Counted from the first letter of the stretch, positions 17,287 through 23,307 are shown. The stretch is 24,000 nucleotides of DNA from a bacterium (GCA_022844005.1 JALHMN010000027.1:1-24000), one strand, 5' to 3'. Made by a program: numbers and translations. Notes: generated by a model not told the origin, from the sequence alone.

Positions 17287-17472
17287 GGCCATCAGAAGAA
17301 AAGCAGCCGTGAACTTGCCCCTGCTGATCTTGTTCGCGATGGCTGCTGGAGTCTCCGTAGCGCCCATAGCGGCCAGTTTCTCCGATAGCTGCTGATAGCT
17401 CACGTCCCGGCGCTTCAATTCCGCCTTCAGCAGCCGTTGCGCCTTCTGCGCCCATTCATCCTCGGTCGGCAT
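17245..17472 (-). CDS. small HTH-like protein (resembles DUF6471)
   Basis: 75 aa from MPTEDEWAQKAQRLLKAELKRRDVSYQQLSEKLAAMGATETPAAIANKISRGKFTAAFLLMALNAIG. GAGAGGG RBS. The pattern KAE(L/M)xRRxVSYxxLxEKL...NKISRGxFTA matches my recollection of DUF6471. It overlaps the 3' end of 16483..17286 by 42 nt. Confidence 0.6.
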   Translation of the reverse strand: MPTEDEWAQKAQRLLKAELKRRDVSYQQLSEKLAAMGATETPAAIANKISRGKFTAAFLLMALNAIGSTTISLAD

Positions 17473-17499
17473 ATCGCCCTCTCTGATTCGGCAGAGAGT

Positions 17500-17575
17500 T
17501 ATCATATATGATATTTTCCTGTTGCCAATGACAGGCTCATATCATATCGTATGTGAGAGTTAGATATCACATACG
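17500..17575. promoter_or_regulatory. AT-rich divergent control region with palindromes
   Basis: Perfect 14-bp palindrome TATCATATATGATA (17500-17513). 9-bp inverted repeat CGTATGTGA (17548-17556) / TCACATACG (17567-17575). Several ATATCA/TATCAT repeats lie between the divergent HTH gene and the transposase gene. Confidence 0.45.
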
Positions 17576-17585
17576 GCAACTTCAG

Positions 17586-18545
17586 ATGGCCCAACACTTC
17601 CTCCTCTCCGCGAAAGCCCGGACGCTCAGCCTCTCCAAGGTGATGCGGCTTTCCGATGACGAAGCGTTCGCGACGTTCAAGGCCATCCGCTGGGCTGCGA
17701 CGAATGGCGATGCGACTTGCCCGAATTGCGGTTGCGTCGCGGTCTATGAGTACCGCGCCCGCCGGATCTTCAAGTGCAAGGGCTGCTTCGGCCAGTTCTC
17801 CGTCACGTCCGGCACCATCTTCGCCAGCCGCAAGATGAGCTTCCGCGACCTGCTGGCCGCTATCGCGATCTTCGCCAACGGCGCCAAGGGGCATTCGGCC
17901 TTGCAGCTCAGCCGCGATCTGGATTGCCAATACAAGACAGCGTTCGTGCTGGCCCACAAGCTGCGCGAGGCGATGGCAGCCGAGCATGCCGGCATGACGC
18001 TCTCGGGCATCGTGGAAGTCGATGGCGCCTACTTCGGCGGCTATGTGAAGGCCGAGAACAAGAAGGAAGACCGGAAGGACCGGCGGCTCAAGATCAACCA
18101 GACCGGCAAGCGCCGCGTCGTGGTGGTGATGCGCGAGCGCAACGGCCGCACGCTGCCTTTCGTGGCCGATGCCGAGGATGAGGCGGTGCCGACCATCCTC
18201 GATCGCGTCGCCCGCGGTTCGACCATCCATGCGGACGAAGCGGCCGGTTGGGATGTGCTGCACACCCGGTATCAGACCTACCGGATCAACCACTCCATCG
18301 CCTATTCGGATGACGGCGCCTGCACCAATCAGGCGGAAAGCTACTTCTCCCGCCTGCGTCGCGCCGAAGTCGGCACGCATCACCGGATCAGCGGCCAGTA
18401 CCTGCACGCCTATGCCGGCGAAATGGCTTGGCGGGAAGACTACCGCCGCCGCGCCAACGGCTCGCAGTTCAACATGATCGTTGCCGCCACGATGGCGCAT
18501 CCCAAGAGCCGCGTGTGGGCCGGCTACTGGCAGCGGGCGCAGTGA
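17586..18545 (+). CDS. IS1595-family transposase (zinc-ribbon plus ISXO2-like DDE domain)
   Basis: 319 aa from MAQHFLLSAKARTLSL. N-terminal zinc ribbon CPNCGC...CKGC. Then SVTSGTIFASRKMSFRDLLAAIAIF, VEVDGAYFGG, TIHADEAAGWD and CTNQAESYFSRLRR, which are typical of IS1595/ISXO2-like transposases. Confidence 0.9.
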   Translation: MAQHFLLSAKARTLSLSKVMRLSDDEAFATFKAIRWAATNGDATCPNCGCVAVYEYRARRIFKCKGCFGQFSVTSGTIFASRKMSFRDLLAAIAIFANGAKGHSALQLSRDLDCQYKTAFVLAHKLREAMAAEHAGMTLSGIVEVDGAYFGGYVKAENKKEDRKDRRLKINQTGKRRVVVVMRERNGRTLPFVADAEDEAVPTILDRVARGSTIHADEAAGWDVLHTRYQTYRINHSIAYSDDGACTNQAESYFSRLRRAEVGTHHRISGQYLHAYAGEMAWREDYRRRANGSQFNMIVAATMAHPKSRVWAGYWQRAQ

Positions 18546-18919
18546 TGGCCGAGCCTCACGTCATCAGCGGCCTCAAGGCCCGCAAGGCCGATCTGGACCG
18601 CGTCATAGAGCACGGCCGGCGGGCGCTGGCGCAATGGGAGCGGGATCTGGCGGCCGTAGAGGCGTCGCTTGCCGTCATGACTCAGCGGCGGCCCGCCAAG
18701 CTCGCCCTCTACGTTGTGCCGCCGCAGTTCAAGCGGCTGCGGACCACGCGGTTGGTGCTGGCGATCGTGCGCCAGTCAGCCGAGCCGCTGACGGTGCGCC
18801 AGATTGCCGAGACGCTCATTCGGGAGCGCGGGGGAGATGAGGCCGACCCGCTGCTACTGCGGGCCATAGAGCGCAAGGTATGGGCGGTTGTGAAGAGGCA
18901 GGGTATCGTGATCGCGTAA
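18545..18919 (+). CDS. hypothetical protein, coiled-coil N-terminus plus winged-helix-like C-terminus, translationally coupled to the transposase
   Basis: 124 aa. Its ATG shares the A of the transposase TGA (TGATG at 18543-18547). The segment LTVRQIAETLIRERG...RAIERKVWAVVKRQG looks like a wHTH recognition helix and wing. No family recognised. Confidence 0.55.
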   Translation: MAEPHVISGLKARKADLDRVIEHGRRALAQWERDLAAVEASLAVMTQRRPAKLALYVVPPQFKRLRTTRLVLAIVRQSAEPLTVRQIAETLIRERGGDEADPLLLRAIERKVWAVVKRQGIVIA

Positions 18920-18931
18920 GGGGAGCACGCC

Positions 18932-19177
18932 ATGGCCAAATCAGATGACGATGAAGTCGAGTTGCCGTTCGTGGTGAGCGTCGATGTCGGGCAACTGCCG
19001 GATGAAGGGGTCGCTATCCAAATAATCTACGCAACATCCGCTGAGAGATTCGCGGCCAAGAAGATGGACACGATGGTATTTGCGATGACTCGCGCAAGGG
19101 CCAGTGAATTTGCCCGAAAGTTGCTGAGACAAACCGATCCTGGCGCGGCTCCTCCGAAGGGTCCGACTGTAAACTGA
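18932..19177 (+). CDS. small hypothetical protein, 81 aa
   Basis: AAGGGGAG RBS 6-13 nt upstream. Acidic N-terminus MAKSDDDEVELPFVVSVDVGQLPDEG. AT-richer codon usage consistent with the rest of the element. Confidence 0.4.
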   Translation: MAKSDDDEVELPFVVSVDVGQLPDEGVAIQIIYATSAERFAAKKMDTMVFAMTRARASEFARKLLRQTDPGAAPPKGPTVN

Positions 19178-19261
19178 GCCGCTCGCCAGCGTGGGCTATA
19201 GCGGTATCATAATACCACCGCGCTCGCCGCGCTAGCGGTATTTAGGTACCGTCTAGGGCCA

Positions 19262-19304
19262 AGGTGCGTTTGCTACCTAATGCCGCGAATTGGCTCGAAT
19301 TGGC
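19262..19304. repeat. right boundary: 25-bp terminal inverted repeat (IR-R) plus 19-bp direct repeat
   Basis: IR-R AGGTGCGTTTGCTACCTAATGCCGC at 19262-19286 and DR CGAATTGGCTCGAATTGGC at 19286-19304. See the left-boundary feature. Confidence 0.9.
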
Positions 19305-19485
19305 TCAGTTTGGCAGGGTGAGAATTGGTCAGAAACAGAAACTTCCCATCTATTCAACGGGTTATGCGATTTTCACGGTTGCGCGCGGAAATCGCGGCGA
19401 TGCCGCGGGTCTTGCCGGCCGGCATGGGATCGAGGGGAAGGCCGCCCCGGGGTCATCGCGGTCACGAGACGAACGGTTCGCCCGG

Positions 19486-19600
19486 CGGACAAAATTGTCC
19501 GGCACGCCCGCCCGGCGAAGCGGCCACATTTGGCCACGACCGGCAAGGCGGCCAGAAATGGCCGCCGGCCGGCGCAGCGGAGGCGGACAAATTTGTCCGC
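19486..19600. repeat. four 5-N4-5 palindromes GGMCA-N4-TGKCC with mirror-symmetric spacing
   Basis: CGGACAAAATTGTCCG (19486-19501), GGCCACATTTGGCC (19522-19535), GGCGGCCAGAAATGGCCGCC (19547-19566, 8-bp stem with GAAA loop), and the perfect 18-bp palindrome GCGGACAAATTTGTCCGC (19583-19600). Gaps between the 14-bp cores are 20, 14 and 20 nt. There is no credible CDS here. Confidence 0.6.
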
Positions 19601-19673
19601 GCAGCCGCCGTAACACTCCCCGCCCCGGCGGCCGTATAAGGGGAGAACCTGGCTCAACTACGGTGGTGCCTCT

Positions 19674-20540
19674 TTGCTTCCTCCATGGTGTGATCGCACC
19701 GGCCGCTTTTCCGCGCTCAAGGCCATCGTGCTCGCCGGCTGCATCCTTCCCGCCCTGTGGATCGCCTGGCGCGGCTTCACCGAGCAGCTCGGTGCCGAAC
19801 CCGTGGATGCCGCGGTGCACGAGGTCGGCCGTTGGGCGGTCCGCTTCCTCCTGCTCACCCTCGCCGTCACGCCGCTGCGGCGCATCGGCCGCTGGCAACG
19901 GGTGCAGAGCGTGCGGCGCATGCTGGGCGTGACCGCCTTCGCCTATCTCGCCCTGCACTTCGCGCTCTACATCGTCCTGCAGAATCTCGATCTCTTTCGG
20001 GTGGCGAAGGAGATCGTGCTGCGCTTCTACCTCACCATCGGCTTCGTCGCGCTCATCGGTCTCGGGGCACTCGCCATCACCTCGACCGACCGGATGATCC
20101 GGCGCCTGGGCAGGCGCTGGCCGCAGCTGCACACCCTGGTCTATCCGCTGACCGCGCTCGGCCTCTGGCACGACCTGCTTCAGGCGAAGCGAAACCTGGA
20201 CGAAGCCACCCTGATGGTCGGCTTCTTCCTCTGGCTGATCGGCGTGCGGCTCTTGGCGAAACGCAGCTGGGGCCTGAAGCCCTTGCCGCTGCTCGGCCTC
20301 GGGGTCGCCACCGTGGCGGCGACCGTGGGCTTCGAGGCGGCCTGGTATACTTTCGCCACCGGCCTCGACGGCTTGCGGGTGGCGGCCGCCAACCTGGCAC
20401 CCGAGATCACCGTCCGCCCGGTTCACTGGTTGGCGCTGACGGTGTTGGTCCCGGTGGCGCTGGCCATCCTCCGCCGGCAGCCGGCGGTCACCCCGGTGCG
20501 GGCCGCCAGTCCAGTTCGAAGCGCTCGCCCTTCCGCCTGA
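19674..20540 (+). CDS. msrQ: MsrQ/YedZ-type heme-binding membrane subunit (ferric-reductase-like TM domain)
   Basis: 288 aa with a TTG start (uncertain). Conserved His-bearing helices (AAVHEVGRWAVRFLLLTLAVTPL, AFAYLALHFALYIV, TLVYPLTALGLWHDLL). A roughly 80-aa hydrophobic C-terminal extension overlaps the convergent MBL gene by 53 nt. Confidence 0.8.
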   Translation: MLPPWCDRTGRFSALKAIVLAGCILPALWIAWRGFTEQLGAEPVDAAVHEVGRWAVRFLLLTLAVTPLRRIGRWQRVQSVRRMLGVTAFAYLALHFALYIVLQNLDLFRVAKEIVLRFYLTIGFVALIGLGALAITSTDRMIRRLGRRWPQLHTLVYPLTALGLWHDLLQAKRNLDEATLMVGFFLWLIGVRLLAKRSWGLKPLPLLGLGVATVAATVGFEAAWYTFATGLDGLRVAAANLAPEITVRPVHWLALTVLVPVALAILRRQPAVTPVRAASPVRSARPSA

Positions 20541-21372
20541 CGATCGCGGCGTGCGGCGCGGCGAAATGCGCCGGCAGCATCAAGGTGCCGGTCTCCGCGC
20601 AATGCGACAGGAGCTCGAACCGCGTCTGGCGCGAGCGCACCGGATCGTCGCAGGAACTGGCGCTCCAGCGCCAGAGCGGCACCTGCACCGGGTTGTGCAG
20701 CGCATCGGCGGCGAAGACGGCACCCCGCTCGCCGGCATCGAGATCGAGGCGGAAATGCCCCGGCGTGTGCCCTGGTGCCGGCACCACGGTCAGCCGGTCG
20801 GCGCCGTCATAGCCGTCCTCGATCAGCACCGCCTGCCCCGCCTGCATCACCGGCAGGACGGAATCCTCGTGCACCATGCGCCGGAAGGCCGAGGCGCCGG
20901 GCGCACACCACAGGTGATAGTCCTGTTTCGACATCACGTATTTGGCGTTCGGGAAGGTCGGCACCCAGCGGCCGTCGCGGCTCACCGTGTTCCAGCCGAC
21001 ATGATCCGAATGCAGATGCGTGCACATGACGATGTCGATCTGTTCCGGCGACACGCCCGCGGCCTTGAGCCTATCGAGCCAGGGCGTGTCCAGCATGTCG
21101 AAATCGGGGAAGCCCGGACGCGGTTTCGCATTGCCGCAGCAGGTATCGATCAGGATGGTCTGCTTGCCCGTCCGCACCAGCCAGGAATGCACGCTGAGGC
21201 GGATGCGGTCGCTCGCCCGGTCGTAGTGATCGGGCGCCAGCCATGGGAGTTCCGCGGCGAAGGCCCCCTCATCGAAGTCGGGGAAGAAGGTCCGGGCCGT
21301 CAGCCCGGTCGCGATCGTCTCCGGGATCAGCGTGACGCGGACATCGCCGATCTGCCAGTCGAGTATCCGCAT
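20488..21372 (-). CDS. MBL-fold metallo-hydrolase (paralogue 2)
   Basis: 294 aa from MRILDWQIGDVRV. Metal motif HLHSDHVGW, later HTPGH. The N-terminal 310 codons of track ORF 20488..22302 are an out-of-frame shadow across the upstream paralogue. Confidence 0.88.
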   Translation of the reverse strand: MRILDWQIGDVRVTLIPETIATGLTARTFFPDFDEGAFAAELPWLAPDHYDRASDRIRLSVHSWLVRTGKQTILIDTCCGNAKPRPGFPDFDMLDTPWLDRLKAAGVSPEQIDIVMCTHLHSDHVGWNTVSRDGRWVPTFPNAKYVMSKQDYHLWCAPGASAFRRMVHEDSVLPVMQAGQAVLIEDGYDGADRLTVVPAPGHTPGHFRLDLDAGERGAVFAADALHNPVQVPLWRWSASSCDDPVRSRQTRFELLSHCAETGTLMLPAHFAAPHAAIVRRKGERFELDWRPAPG

Positions 21373-22253
21373 CAGGCGTCCCAGGCGAGATCGAAGCGGT
21401 CGCCCTTCGCCTTGACATAGGCGGCGTGCGGCGAGGCGAAATGCGCCGGCATCAGGAGCGCGCCGGTCTCGACGCAATCGGCCAGCAGGTCGTGGCGGGT
21501 CAGCCGCGCCTCGGCCTGGTCGGCGCAGAAACGGCTGTTCCAGCGCCAGAGCGGCACCTGCACCGGGTTGTGCAGCGCGTCGCCAGAGAAGATGGCGCGC
21601 CGGCTGCCCGAGGCGAGGTCGACACGGATATGCCCCGGCGTGTGTCCGGCGGCGGAGCGGACGGTGAGGCAGTCGTCGCACTGGTGCCCGGCCTCGACCA
21701 GCAGCGCCTTGCCCGCCTCGACCACCGGCAGGACGGAGTCGTTGTAGGTGTTGACCTGGTAGGCGGCCGTCTCCGGCGCCTTGGCCTCGGCCGCCCAGTG
21801 CGTGTGGTCGGTGCGCGACATGACGTATTTCGCATTGGGGAAGGTCGGCACCCAGCGCCCGTTCTCCAGTTTCGTGTTCCAGCCGACGTGATCGACGTGG
21901 AGATGCGTGCACATGACGAAGTCGACCTTCTCCGGCGCCACGCCCGCCGCCCGCAGGCGATCCAGCCAGGGCGTGTCCAGCATGTCGAAGCGCGGCATGC
22001 CGGGGCGCGGCTTGTGATTGCCGCTGCAGGCGTCGATCAGGATGGTGTGTTGCGGTGTCTCGACCAGCCAGGAATGGATGCTGGCGATCAGCTTGCCGCT
22101 CTCGGGCTGGTAGTAGTTGGGGGCGAGCCAGTGCTCCTCGGCCCGGAAGGTCGCCTCGTCGAATTCGGGGAAGAAGTCGCGGGCGGGAAAGCCCGGGCCC
22201 AGGATCTCCTCGATCCGGGTCACCTTCACGTCGCCGATCATCCGCTGCTGCAT
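21372..22253 (-). CDS. MBL-fold metallo-hydrolase (paralogue 1)
   Basis: 293 aa from MQQRMIGDVKV (ATG at 22253); the alternative ATG at 22277 would add MKRGGGAA. Motifs HLHVDHVGW and HTPGH. Its TGA shares one base with the ATG of paralogue 2 (TGATG). Confidence 0.88.
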   Translation of the reverse strand: MQQRMIGDVKVTRIEEILGPGFPARDFFPEFDEATFRAEEHWLAPNYYQPESGKLIASIHSWLVETPQHTILIDACSGNHKPRPGMPRFDMLDTPWLDRLRAAGVAPEKVDFVMCTHLHVDHVGWNTKLENGRWVPTFPNAKYVMSRTDHTHWAAEAKAPETAAYQVNTYNDSVLPVVEAGKALLVEAGHQCDDCLTVRSAAGHTPGHIRVDLASGSRRAIFSGDALHNPVQVPLWRWNSRFCADQAEARLTRHDLLADCVETGALLMPAHFASPHAAYVKAKGDRFDLAWDA

Positions 22254-22258
22254 GGCCG

Positions 22259-22270
22259 CCCCCCCCCCCC
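22259..22270 (-). repeat. G12 homopolymer (C12 on the plus strand) at the 5' end of the MBL operon
   Basis: Twelve consecutive C at 22259-22270. On the coding strand this is G12, located at -6 to -17 from ATG 22253, or at codons 3-7 if ATG 22277 is used. Confidence 0.95.
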
Positions 22271-22356
22271 GCTTCATTGGTCGGCAAGACTGGGCGCATC
22301 ACGCCCGCCGTTTCAAGCGCTAGAATGCCCTCAACGTCTCAAAGGGGAACCCCGTC

Positions 22357-23301
22357 ATGGAAATCCGCAATCTCGGCAAGTCAGGCCTCCGCGTCTCGGC
22401 CGTGGGCCTCGGCTGCAACAATTTCGGCGGCCGCATCGACCTCGAGGCCACGCGCAAGGTGGTGCACAAGGCGATCGATCTCGGCATCACGCTGTTCGAT
22501 ACCGCCGATGTCTACGGCAACCAGGGCGGATCCGAGAGCCTGATGGGCGAGGTGCTCGGCCCGCGACGGAAGGACATCGTGCTGGCCACCAAGTTCGCCA
22601 TGCCGATGGATGCCGCCGAGGTGCTGAAGGGCGCCTCGCGGCGTTACATCATGACCGCGGTGGAGGCGAGCCTGAAGCGCCTCAAGACCGACTGGATCGA
22701 TCTCTACCAGCAGCACCGCCCGGATCCGCTGACCCCGATCGAGGAGACGCTCCGCGCTCTCGACGACCTGATCGCCCAAGGCAAGGTGCGCTACATCGGC
22801 TGTTCCAACCTGCCCGCCTGGCAGGTGGTGGAGGCGGCCTGGACGGCCAGGTCCCGCGGCCTCAACCCCTTCGTCTCCGCCCAGGACGAGCTCAGCCTGG
22901 TGGTGCGGGAGCACGAGAAGGAACTGCTGCCCGCACTCTCCGCCTACGGCATGGGCCTGCTTCCCTTCTTTCCGTTGGCGAGCGGGCTCCTCACCGGCAA
23001 GTACCGGCGCAACACCCCGATGCCGGAAGGCGCCCGTCTCACCAACACCCAGCGCCTCGCCGACCGCTACATCAACGATCAGAACTGGCAGATCGTCGAG
23101 AAGCTGACCGACTTCGCGCAAGCGCGCGGCAAGACCATGCTGGAACTCGCCTTCAGCTGGCTCGCCTGCAAGCCGCAGGTCTCGAGCGTGATCGCCGGTG
23201 CCACCAGGCCCGAGCAGCTGGAGCAGAACGTGAAGGCCGCCGGCTGGAAGCTGACGGCCGAGGAGGTCGCCGAGATCGACCGCATCTCGGCGAAAGGCTG
23301 A
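22357..23301 (+). CDS. aldo/keto reductase
   Basis: 314 aa. LGKSGLRVSAVGLGCNNFGG, FDTADVYG (catalytic Asp/Tyr), LATKF (Lys), DLYQQHRPD (His) and VRYIGCSN are canonical AKR motifs. Confidence 0.93.
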   Translation: MEIRNLGKSGLRVSAVGLGCNNFGGRIDLEATRKVVHKAIDLGITLFDTADVYGNQGGSESLMGEVLGPRRKDIVLATKFAMPMDAAEVLKGASRRYIMTAVEASLKRLKTDWIDLYQQHRPDPLTPIEETLRALDDLIAQGKVRYIGCSNLPAWQVVEAAWTARSRGLNPFVSAQDELSLVVREHEKELLPALSAYGMGLLPFFPLASGLLTGKYRRNTPMPEGARLTNTQRLADRYINDQNWQIVEKLTDFAQARGKTMLELAFSWLACKPQVSSVIAGATRPEQLEQNVKAAGWKLTAEEVAEIDRISAKG

Positions 23302-23307
23302 CCCGCG

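Larger units (their letters stand above)
16355..19286. mobile_element. 2.9-kb IR-bounded element carrying an IS1595-family transposase and four passenger ORFs
   Basis: Perfect 25-bp terminal inverted repeats flanked by a perfect 19-bp direct repeat. The interior is more AT-rich than the genome background. It contains a DDE transposase. I found no convincing IRs immediately flanking the transposase gene alone. Confidence 0.6.

Noticed and set aside
17502-18500. 332-aa minus-strand ORF opposite the IS1595 transposase
   Set aside because: The plus-strand frame carries the zinc ribbon and DDE-domain motifs. The antisense translation has no recognisable features.
19264-20426. ORFs 19264..19932 (+), 19290..19613 (+), 19325..19639 (+), 19373..19657 (-) and 19362..20426 (-) in or around the msrQ upstream gap
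   Set aside because: All are Arg/Pro/Gly-rich. They start inside the element's inverted repeat or run antisense to msrQ. The region is better explained as non-coding DNA containing palindromes.
20488-22302. Single 604-aa minus-strand ORF suggesting one large fusion protein
   Set aside because: Only the C-terminal 294 aa, from MRILDWQ, look like a real MBL-fold protein. The N-terminal roughly 310 aa are an R/G/P-rich read-through in a different frame from the genuine upstream paralogue (21372..22253).
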